IMG/VR virus record: IMGVR_UViG_3300043788_000114
Location: 1-64,000 of that record
DNA from: a virus
Length of the DNA stretch: 64,000 nt
Reading direction: 5' to 3' (one strand)
Shown: positions 38,101-45,993 of the stretch, one piece after another
Layout of the letters: every line of letters starts with the position of its first letter
How positions within the stretch are numbered: position 1 is the first letter of the stretch
Position numbers and translations under genes: made by a program
Notes under the pieces: generated by a model
What the model saw: only the letters and a program-made list of their open reading frames with translations
What the model was told of the DNA's origin: nothing
Databases searched by the model: none

Positions 38101-39158
38101 GAGGAACTTTTTATTGGTCGAAGGGAAATAACCTAGACTCCGCTCCGGATACGAATCAGCAAGACATCACCGATCCGTCCGAAACTCTGAATAACTTGGC
38201 GATCACCACAGGCAAGGTGCTCTTGGGATCGATTAAGCGTTTCTGGGCCATCTTGCCCAACTTCTTCAATGCTCTGGCAACAGCTACCGGAACTTCAGGA
38301 TCAACATGGAGCACAAGGCTCACTTCAATCGACCGTGGCCTCTTTATCCCACGCTGCATCTGCGTCTCGGGCGGTGGAGGCGTGTTCTTCCGTGTCGATG
38401 ATGGGATTCATTACTCGCCATCAGGCATCTCGTCAAAGTCGATAACCGATGAAACGCTCTATCCGTTATTCCCGCATGAATCGCCCGGAGCAGGCGCTTC
38501 TTCCCCGCAGCCAATCACACGCAATGGAATCACAATCTATCCTCCAGACGATACGAAGCCGCAGCTACAGAAGATGGCATTCCAGAACGGGTATATGTAT
38601 TTTAAATATTCCGGAACGGACGGCAATCCTCACACGCTGGTATTCGATGAAGCTGCAATGGGATGGATATGGGACATAAAAAATCCGGAAGCGACATGCT
38701 ATGCGGCTAATGAGGGAGAAAGCATTCAAGGTACTCTAGTAGGATGTTTTGACGGATCGGTAAGACTTCTTTCGAGTGCTGGAACTGAGGTAGTGACGGG
38801 CACGGCTCTCACTGCCGCCATCGGCGGCGTGGGATGGAATCACATGTACGAGATCACCATCGAGTACGAATCCAAAGCAGCAGTGACATTGAGCTTCATC
38901 GCCGCCGATGTGAATAATGGAAGCTACGCCCCAAATCCTATTGTGCTTCCAGCAACAGCCGGTGGTCCGACGAAGTTCACCACGAAAGTGACTGCGAATA
39001 AGTGGCAACTACTACAGGCACAATTCCAGTCTGCCGATCCAGCGATGGCCATCTACCTAGAGGGTGTTTTCGGCAACGTAAAGGATTGGGGAACGACGGC
39101 AGGATACAGGCCGGTGAATTTCTTCATCCCTGCGGGAGGGGCCGGAGGTCAGCCATGA
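35148..39158 (+). CDS. Tail nozzle/stabilisation-like protein with inserted beta domains (PA14-like)
   Basis: 1336 aa; GNIYFP.AG.FT.VL.SHDD PA14-like motif; propeller-like C-terminal half. Confidence 0.6.
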   Translation: MALKFRALDITSPVNRLKAGFVAMACNVRAYLDGGFALRNSLTPPLVLTNAASSQVSAGTTGQTGVGAAWNNPANIFDTGSVNFTNLLLGGGNPTVSEILNVTDLGFAIPGSATITGIQFQLQSLPALGHGVAITFQPTQNGANAGTPTTQTLGPAPGGPVTIGGPGNLFGFAWTPALINGATGLGLNISGAGGAAHTSAACELNSLVVTVFYNTNMTLILPAPPHSIRRLNDSTPNGPSSGYALVVGAGTDIYLNSTQVASGLSGNQISLIPFRPNASVQPWMYWADSAAMGNVTLNTKYLINGKPVNFVSNGMGKTRSDGLTYKMGIEEPQLAPIISTAPSSVSVGGLLQATDIPWTNYLGQNPGYNYGESNGPPNPGSPNPIDGTPPFIVDVANASTVTVTAITGTATINGTSAVPTSPGPTPGSTNPGGYVQVGGVVPGTVSVVVGAFTDGDGNVVPLGVAPLYITSVIDVGGNIGVAIPVPFGAQQFQIGINSTGNTFNANSGSFQIEVTVTTNALPTVTSILGDLTCAYFDDSPTSGPVASYIWKNPDDPGGSGPTRSVSDAVGTTTGDSFIFDATFTAGIPGLPGIGSPTVPMLWTDLNPDSVAVGSNPIFAAPLTKTNPTNTQFANFNFCLTGNIYFPSAGLFTLVLTSHDDVIWGIGGGVSLVSAVASGVGEGGGVAISGYGQTITVVGGYPLLPRQIYTSGLGGNYAQTTVVVSVPAAGIYPIELDFDYWFHSGRILLLEGSATAGGPPTIIPPLPASVRQETQYRYVYRSSATGALSNPSPESAAETVPVTANTVTSYWSPDPQVDVVDYYRIDSVTSDFTYVATGPNDNLGPGGTNTPITDSLLDTELGSQLLEFDNFEPFPSIDLPQKGICNVSGGVITWVSGGAIGGAFTGFNIRWLGGTVILIGSPTSLAYTLIARPTSTTTITIPDVPDGTNLAYEIPEPILAAQPLPYVDGPTDNIPFANAVGDPLRGGTFYWSKGNNLDSAPDTNQQDITDPSETLNNLAITTGKVLLGSIKRFWAILPNFFNALATATGTSGSTWSTRLTSIDRGLFIPRCICVSGGGGVFFRVDDGIHYSPSGISSKSITDETLYPLFPHESPGAGASSPQPITRNGITIYPPDDTKPQLQKMAFQNGYMYFKYSGTDGNPHTLVFDEAAMGWIWDIKNPEATCYAANEGESIQGTLVGCFDGSVRLLSSAGTEVVTGTALTAAIGGVGWNHMYEITIEYESKAAVTLSFIAADVNNGSYAPNPIVLPATAGGPTKFTTKVTANKWQLLQAQFQSADPAMAIYLEGVFGNVKDWGTTAGYRPVNFFIPAGGAGGQP

Positions 39159-39318
39159 AATTTGGCAGCATCACATCGCGGCGTTGCAGGAGATGTGGCG
39201 TAGTCGGTACGTCGCAACTTCCTGACACGCCTCTGCACAGGGAGAAGAATAGTCATCGCCTCTGCGTGGGTTGCACCAACTGGCAGAGTAATAATCCGAA
39301 AAAGGGAATCAGGAATAA

Positions 39319-40188
39319 ATGAGCACGAACCCACCTAGTTTCAGGTTACCGATCAATGTGCGCGGCCTCGTGGACGATAAGGTAGCGGAGGCTATCGAGA
39401 ACCATGACGACGCAATCACCGATTTGCAGCAGGCGATCTCTCCTCTTGCCACCCAGATTACCGCTCTCAAGAGCGGAACCTCTTCATCTACCGGAACAGG
39501 GACGACGACTGTGGAGAACGTATCTACCGAGCAGATCACTAATAACTTCGTCAATAATATCGGCTTCGTCAATAACCAGACGGGTGTAACTTCCTACGCC
39601 ACTCAACAATCCGATCTCGGAAAAATAGTCGTGCTTGATGACGCGTCGGCTATCGCGGTGGCTTTGACTTCGGCTCCGGTGATCACCCTGCCGTGGTATG
39701 CCACATTCATCAACCTTGGTGCTGGGACAGCGACACTCACTCCGGTCTCCGGAACGATCAGCTATTCTGGGAATCTTGGAGCAGCATCGCTACCGCTATC
39801 TACAGGCCAATTGGCTATTGTGGGCTTCGATGGCACCAACTTCTGGGCTGCGGTAGCTGCGTTCCCTGTCGTGCCGCCACAGAACACGCCAGCCATTACC
39901 CATCAATTTCTGACTGCGTTTAATGCGATCAGTGGAGTATTCAGTCAGGCCCAACCGGCAATAGCCGATGTCTCAGGTCTCGCGGCTGCACTGGCGCTTT
40001 TGGCTCCGATTGCCAGCCCAACATTCACCGGAACGGTAACCCAGCCGGACGCACCCGTGCTCACGGCGGCGACGACGGCTACGAGCGCCACGGCTGGAGC
40101 GGCAAGCGCGCTACCAGCGACGCCAGCAGGGTATTTGGATATATCGATCAATGGAACGGTTTTCAAGGTGCCGTACTATGCGGTTTAG
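39319..40188 (+). CDS. Tail needle/fibre-like protein
   Basis: N-terminal coiled coil, APIASPTFTG, C-terminal P.GYL.I.INGT..KVPYY. Confidence 0.65.
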   Translation: MSTNPPSFRLPINVRGLVDDKVAEAIENHDDAITDLQQAISPLATQITALKSGTSSSTGTGTTTVENVSTEQITNNFVNNIGFVNNQTGVTSYATQQSDLGKIVVLDDASAIAVALTSAPVITLPWYATFINLGAGTATLTPVSGTISYSGNLGAASLPLSTGQLAIVGFDGTNFWAAVAAFPVVPPQNTPAITHQFLTAFNAISGVFSQAQPAIADVSGLAAALALLAPIASPTFTGTVTQPDAPVLTAATTATSATAGAASALPATPAGYLDISINGTVFKVPYYAV

Positions 40189-40262
40189 TGTTCTTTTTAT
40201 GTGTTTTCACCATAGGGAATCGGTGTAGAATGGCGCTGTGCCGTCCGGGAGCGAGCGCCGAG

Positions 40263-41036
40263 TCAATCAAAGAGAGACGGCTGTTGGTTCCCAGATTCGT
40301 CCGTGCGTTTGTACTTTGCGAGATAGATTCTTGCCATTTTTACCCACTCCTCTATTTCCAAGATTCCGAGGCGAGTATTGCATTTTGTGCATAGCAAACC
40401 ACGACGGCATTTTTCACACCCTCTTCCAGTAGGGCAGCAACGATGATCGTGATCAATCGACATACGCTTTTTGCCACTAAACTCATATGGAATTCCGCAG
40501 AGACCGCACAGACCATTTTGCTCGGCAAATTTTGTCTCATACCACTCCTTCGTGACTCCGTAATACGAGTAATTCCTCCCTTTCGTATACTCCTTTACGT
40601 ACTCCTTGTTGGCGTCTCTCCATTCCTTGTTTTTCTTGCGATTGATCTCTGGAGGGCGCGGTTCCGCACGCCACCTCTCTGCGGCGTCGAAGGCAAAACA
40701 GTCTTTGCAGGTTGGTGCCCTTCCGTCAGCGCACCGCTTGTTCTTGTAAAAACTGTCGAGAGGTTTTTCGATCCGGCATTTCGTGCAAATCTTTGTTGTC
40801 GAGACGCCAGCGAGGATAGCCTTTTTCTCTTCAAGTGATTCGTAGTACGCGATTGTGCAGCGTTTGCACCGCGAGCAATACCCGTCGCGTGCTCGGGTAT
40901 TCTTGGTGAACTTGCTCAAAGGAAGAATCTCTTTACAAACCCTACAAATCTTCTCAGCAAAACGAGCGTCTGGGGTGTTGAATTCCGCTTGTCTTTCAAT
41001 CTCTTGGGGGTATAATGTGGCAGATGAGGGTGCCAT
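40263..41036 (-). CDS. Endonuclease VII-type homing endonuclease
   Basis: KICxxC..F.KN repeats; QNGLCGLC; IDHDH.CC...C.KCRRGLLC..CN. Confidence 0.85.
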   Translation of the reverse strand: MAPSSATLYPQEIERQAEFNTPDARFAEKICRVCKEILPLSKFTKNTRARDGYCSRCKRCTIAYYESLEEKKAILAGVSTTKICTKCRIEKPLDSFYKNKRCADGRAPTCKDCFAFDAAERWRAEPRPPEINRKKNKEWRDANKEYVKEYTKGRNYSYYGVTKEWYETKFAEQNGLCGLCGIPYEFSGKKRMSIDHDHRCCPTGRGCEKCRRGLLCTKCNTRLGILEIEEWVKMARIYLAKYKRTDESGNQQPSLFD

Positions 41037-41096
41037 GTCGCTCCTTTCAGCGATGAGGTGAGAATCGAGCAGCCACGCTCGACACCCTCAATTCTA
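41025..41096 (-). promoter_or_regulatory. -10 box plus structured leader sequestering SD and ATG of the EndoVII gene
   Basis: Minus strand TAGAAT-TGAGGGTGTC...ATGGCACCCTCA; SD lies in the TCGCT/AGCGA hairpin. Confidence 0.65.
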
Positions 41097-41146
41097 TCAC
41101 CGAGTTGCGAGGAATGCGCGTCCGGGAGCGAGCATGGAGAAAAATC

Positions 41147-41761
41147 ATGTCTTTCTTCGGGAGTCTGTTTGGGGGGCAAAATTCCACGCTTGATTCGTTA
41201 ATCCCAACCTTCGGGCAGGTTGGTGGAAATCAAGTTGGGCAAGGCCAAAAAAACCAAAGTACTGCGTCAGACTTCTGGAATTCGATTGTCGGCGGAGATG
41301 CCACGAAGACTATGCAAGCGCTGAGTCCGGAGGTGTCGGCGGAGAAGAAATCCTCTCAACTCGATACAAAAACAGCGACGGAGATGGGCAACCGCTCTGG
41401 CGGCACAAACGCATCCAACGCGGCATCCAAAGACAAAATTCATTCCGACGTCACGAATCTGATCGGGAATTTGACGAACTCATCCGCGAGCAACCTAGCA
41501 AGTCTTGGTACAAGTCAGGTCAGCACCGGCCTGAGTGCGTATGGAATGCAGGAGCAAGCGAGTCAGGAACAGCTAAGCAACTGGAGAGATTCTATCCTCG
41601 GCAAAGGAATCACTAGCGCCGCCGCATTCGCAGAATCATACGGTCTGAACAAAATACCCGGAGCTAAAAACAGTCAAAATAATAATCCCGGAGAATTCTT
41701 CAATTCGACGACATCTGGCTACCAACCCGTTTACGATGATGACGGAAATCAGATCGCCTAA
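41147..41761 (+). CDS. Ejection/pilot-like internal virion protein
   Basis: MSFFGSLFGG start; G/S/N/Q-rich. Confidence 0.6.
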   Translation: MSFFGSLFGGQNSTLDSLIPTFGQVGGNQVGQGQKNQSTASDFWNSIVGGDATKTMQALSPEVSAEKKSSQLDTKTATEMGNRSGGTNASNAASKDKIHSDVTNLIGNLTNSSASNLASLGTSQVSTGLSAYGMQEQASQEQLSNWRDSILGKGITSAAAFAESYGLNKIPGAKNSQNNNPGEFFNSTTSGYQPVYDDDGNQIA

Positions 41762-41783
41762 ATCAGCGATATAGGAGACGCAC

Positions 41784-43328
41784 GTGGCGAGCGGAGAAGC
41801 TTGGCAAGCTGGCTGGAGTCTTGGGAGCGGAAAAGCAGAGCGAGAGATCGCTCACAAGCAAGCTCTGTCTGATGAAGAGCACGAGCAGAAAGTATCATTC
41901 ATTATCAATGAACTCTATAAGAACCAAGCAAAACTCGCTGCACTTAAGGACAAGGACGACAATCCACTTCCGGGATACGACAAGACCCTTAACGATATTC
42001 AGAATAATTTTCGCGATCTCAGAGAACTCCATGATCCCCAAAAATACCCCGGTGCCATTCAGCGCACTGGGTGGATGCTGACCGACGCACTCCATATCAC
42101 CAATCCTCAAGAGCGTATTCGGAAGGAAGGCGCGAAGAGAGCCGCTGGCGCTGCTGCTGACGAGCACTCAGCGTTGTCGTGGGCTGGGGCTGCGCCGATT
42201 GCGCCAGCACAAGAGGCGGCACAGAAATATGAGGCCGGTGTCAACGCCCAGTTATCTACCATCGACAAATCGAACATGTCGGACGAGGACAAGGAGCGGG
42301 CGAGGGCGGCAGTCTTCAAGATTTACCAGAGGCCGAACTACAAATTTCTCGATGTTCCCGGACTTGGAACGCAGATGTTCGACATGAACGATCCTGATTC
42401 GATTCCTGAAGGCGCTGTGCCGCACGTGAAGGAGACGATCACCGACGAAGAACTCTCTGAGTACAAGCAGGCGGTTGCCGGTGGATTTAAGGGAACCATC
42501 CAAGAATTTCGAGCGTCCAAGTCAGGAAAGATGACAGCAGGGCAATTACTGCAAGATTCTTATCTTGCAACTCTCGGTTTTCCTTCTGGCACACCGTGGG
42601 AGACGTTAACAAACCAGCAGCGTTCCGGTTACCAGCTTTACTTGAACGGTCTAAAGCAGCGCACGGCAAATCACCAAGCGACGATCACTGATCGCGATGG
42701 CAATGTACACGTGATTGACCTATCGAGTACATCTGGTCCGGTAGAAATGGCGCGTCCGGCAACTTCTAACCAGCCCCCAGAAGCAACCGGAGGACAGCCC
42801 GCTCCTACAACGCCGCAGGCAGTGAAAAACAAGGCTGCTTCAATCAGACCGCGCGCAACCAAGGCTGACATTGTTCTTAACTTCAAGAAGGCGACGCCAG
42901 ACTATACAAAGGCTAAGAACACCTACAATGATACAGAAAGAATTTCAAAACTTGCCGACAAATGGATTCTTCAGCCCAATTCCGAGGCTGACGCCAATTT
43001 CGTCCTTGCTTTGATCCGCAGCGAAGCAGGGCGCGTTAACCAGCAGGAAATCGGACAGATGTTCAATGCTGGAGGAATCTCAGAGGCTCCGGAAAGATGG
43101 GCAGCGAAAGCTGGTCATGGAGAACTCGCTCCCGATCTCAGAAAGCAGTTGGTTGACTTCGTTCACTTGCAGCGTGACGCAGCCAAGGAAGTAGTGGATG
43201 AGATGGATACGGGTTCCAGTGGAACGGCACCAAAGGGACCACCTACGGGAGCTTTTGGAACAGTGAATCATAACGGCAAGAACTACTACGTTGACGCGCA
43301 AGGGAATAATCTCGGGGTGGCTCCATAA
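41784..43328 (+). CDS. Ejection-type internal virion protein
   Basis: 514 aa, helical; position after tail genes. Confidence 0.55.
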   Translation: MASGEAWQAGWSLGSGKAEREIAHKQALSDEEHEQKVSFIINELYKNQAKLAALKDKDDNPLPGYDKTLNDIQNNFRDLRELHDPQKYPGAIQRTGWMLTDALHITNPQERIRKEGAKRAAGAAADEHSALSWAGAAPIAPAQEAAQKYEAGVNAQLSTIDKSNMSDEDKERARAAVFKIYQRPNYKFLDVPGLGTQMFDMNDPDSIPEGAVPHVKETITDEELSEYKQAVAGGFKGTIQEFRASKSGKMTAGQLLQDSYLATLGFPSGTPWETLTNQQRSGYQLYLNGLKQRTANHQATITDRDGNVHVIDLSSTSGPVEMARPATSNQPPEATGGQPAPTTPQAVKNKAASIRPRATKADIVLNFKKATPDYTKAKNTYNDTERISKLADKWILQPNSEADANFVLALIRSEAGRVNQQEIGQMFNAGGISEAPERWAAKAGHGELAPDLRKQLVDFVHLQRDAAKEVVDEMDTGSSGTAPKGPPTGAFGTVNHNGKNYYVDAQGNNLGVAP

Positions 43329-45991
43329 TGGATGATAGTGTTCCTCAGAAGTTCGATCTGAAAAAAACAAAGGTGACGCCAATCGCCGATGATGCCCCTG
43401 CGAAATTCGATCTAAGCGCGACACCCGTCACCCCTATCGGCGGTGAGGATTTCACCAGAAAGATCAAGGGTAAAGAGAATGAAGGCTTGTATCGGATGCT
43501 TCCGGCATCCATGCAGGACTATACCGACACATCTAAAGAGGTCATGGTTCCGTACAGCAGAGTGAGCGACGCTCTGTCGTCAGGGAGATTTCGTCTACAT
43601 CCAGACGAAGAAGATCGCTTCAAAAAGGACAGCGAGCACGAAAATCAGGGACCAACGCTCATCGAACGAGCGAGCGCCAAGATTCAAAGCCTCCTGCAAC
43701 CATCGACCGGCAAAGTTGGAACGATGCCGATTGGGATTGTCCCCGGAGTTGACGTGAACGAGGCGAAGGCTGCTGGCCGCGTTTTCACCGCTCTCCCCGG
43801 ATTCATAAAAGATTTGGGGACTGCGTACCTGAATGTCGCTGCCGGAAATGAGCACTACACGACGTTGCTGGATCTAGTCGATCCGGGGCAGGTTCCGGTA
43901 CAGCTACAGCAGCAATTCCATGAGGACTTAAAGACTGACCCAACCGGGAAGCTCGCCGCTGACAATCTCGTCGGCACGCTAATGGGTATGGGGCTTATTG
44001 CTAAGGCTCCCGAGGCCGCTAGGTCCGGAGCTAAAAGCGCGGCAGAAGCGGCTGGAATATCTACCGGCAAACCAGTTGAAGCACTCCGCAACGAGGTAAG
44101 GGATACGCTCGGCGTGTGGGGAAACACCCGAAGCGTGATAAAGAAATTCGGCAAGGAATCGGAAGATACGCGGACGGAAAACAGAAATCAGGAGCAACAG
44201 CATTTAGAAAAAACACAGGACGCGCTTCATGCCACGCACGGCGTGGAGCTTCGTCACGAGGCGGAGGTACGTCTTTCGGAGTCGAAAGCGGCAGAGGAAA
44301 ATGCCGCAGCCGCGCAAAGGCACCTTGAGGAAACGCAAGAGGCTCTCCATAAGACTGCCGGTTCGGAAATGGAAGCGGAACGAGAAAATAGGAAAGCCAA
44401 GATTGATACTCTGAAAAAGCAACAAAAGGAAGAAAGAGAGTATCGGGCAACAGTGGAAGAGGTGAGAAAGCATAACGAAGAAGTTCTCCGAGACAGAGAT
44501 AAGCGAGTCCAAGCTCAGCAGAAACTAGATACCGCCTCCGAGGAATTGGACGACAAAATCGCCGATGCACAAAAGAAGGCCAAGGACGCCGATGACGCAG
44601 CATGGGATGCTTGGCGGGCAAAAATCGGCAATGCGCAGGTGAATTTGGACCCTGTAGCTTCGGTGATAAAAGCTCAGGAAGATAAGATGAACCCGCAGCA
44701 AGTGGCGGAGTTTCGCGACATTCTCAAGGAATCGGAGAAATCTGGATCGGGGACAGATGCTCTCAATAAGGCATCGCAGCAGGCATTTGGCGCGAATTAC
44801 GACGGCCTCACACAAAGCCAGAAGGATGTGATCGATCAAGACTTTTCTCAACGAGGCGTCAGCGTAGCACAGGGTGGCTCCGCTGATACGCCGATCTCAC
44901 GCCTCCACGGATGGAAGACGCAACTTGAGGATGCGGTGCGCTCAGATCGAGCAGGGAACATAAAGTATGCTATCGGTCAGGTTCTCGATGCAGTGCGGAA
45001 GTTAGAGGATAGTGTATCGAAGGAGGCTGGCGCTGACGATCTTCTCAAAAAGGCGCGCGCGTTGCACGGTCCCTATGTAGACACGTTCCGTAATCCACAG
45101 ACCACACCGAGCACCGCCGCTAACTATGTGAGATCGAAGGTGACTCCAAATTTCACTAAGGACACGAAACTTGAGGCGTACATCACTAGATTGGGAGGAT
45201 ACGACCCGTCAATTCCCAAAATAGTAAGCCACATCGACAACCTTCAAGATGGTTTGAAGGCTCTACCGAAGGATGCTCCTCTCCGCGAGCAGATTAAACC
45301 GTATCCACCAAAACCACAGCCGGTGCCATCGCCAACTCTCAAAACTCCTGAACGCACGCCGCTCCCGGATCGTCCTGTGCCGGTGGAACCAGCCGCAGTC
45401 AAAGAGCCAGAGAGGACAGCGCCACCGGACAGACCGGCAGAAGTTCCACGGCCAGAAGCTCCAAACCTTCAAGCGGAAAATGCGCAATTCATCGCCGACA
45501 AACTTCGCGCCTATGGAAAGTACGGACAATGGGTGGTGCGTCTTCTCTTCGGCGGTGGAATGGCTGTCTTGATGAAGGGTAAGAGTCCTGAGTTTGGGGG
45601 AGACCTTCTACTCGGATCGATTGGTGTGAACGTGCTCACGCACGCGCTCCGCGCCCCGCGTGTTCTCGACTGGCTGGCGAAGCCGAGCGCGGAAGACATG
45701 AAGATTATCGCTTCGCTCCCCCCAGAGGATGCAGCAAAACTGCGCGAGGCTCTCGGAAATCTGGCGGAGGAGGAGCGCGAGAAGGACCCAAGCGCCGCCA
45801 ATGTGAAGATCGCCCCGATCATGGCGGCATGGCTTGCTGGAGGGAAAGCTGCGCCTCAGCCTCCGAGTTTGCCAGATATGAAGAAGCAGGCAGACACGTT
45901 GAACCCGCCAGCGGCTCCCGGCCCGCAAGGATCAGCGCAGCCCTACACGCACATCTTCGACCCGACTACTGGTAACATCGTGGCAGCGTAG
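43328..45991 (+). CDS. Large coiled-coil internal virion protein
   Basis: 887 aa; KFDL..T.VTPI repeat; hydrophobic segment near the C-terminus. Confidence 0.55.
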   Translation: MDDSVPQKFDLKKTKVTPIADDAPAKFDLSATPVTPIGGEDFTRKIKGKENEGLYRMLPASMQDYTDTSKEVMVPYSRVSDALSSGRFRLHPDEEDRFKKDSEHENQGPTLIERASAKIQSLLQPSTGKVGTMPIGIVPGVDVNEAKAAGRVFTALPGFIKDLGTAYLNVAAGNEHYTTLLDLVDPGQVPVQLQQQFHEDLKTDPTGKLAADNLVGTLMGMGLIAKAPEAARSGAKSAAEAAGISTGKPVEALRNEVRDTLGVWGNTRSVIKKFGKESEDTRTENRNQEQQHLEKTQDALHATHGVELRHEAEVRLSESKAAEENAAAAQRHLEETQEALHKTAGSEMEAERENRKAKIDTLKKQQKEEREYRATVEEVRKHNEEVLRDRDKRVQAQQKLDTASEELDDKIADAQKKAKDADDAAWDAWRAKIGNAQVNLDPVASVIKAQEDKMNPQQVAEFRDILKESEKSGSGTDALNKASQQAFGANYDGLTQSQKDVIDQDFSQRGVSVAQGGSADTPISRLHGWKTQLEDAVRSDRAGNIKYAIGQVLDAVRKLEDSVSKEAGADDLLKKARALHGPYVDTFRNPQTTPSTAANYVRSKVTPNFTKDTKLEAYITRLGGYDPSIPKIVSHIDNLQDGLKALPKDAPLREQIKPYPPKPQPVPSPTLKTPERTPLPDRPVPVEPAAVKEPERTAPPDRPAEVPRPEAPNLQAENAQFIADKLRAYGKYGQWVVRLLFGGGMAVLMKGKSPEFGGDLLLGSIGVNVLTHALRAPRVLDWLAKPSAEDMKIIASLPPEDAAKLREALGNLAEEEREKDPSAANVKIAPIMAAWLAGGKAAPQPPSLPDMKKQADTLNPPAAPGPQGSAQPYTHIFDPTTGNIVAA

Positions 45992-45993
45992 CC

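Noticed and set aside
43328-45991. Tape measure protein
   Set aside because: No tail tube or chaperone genes nearby; context fits podovirus-type ejection proteins
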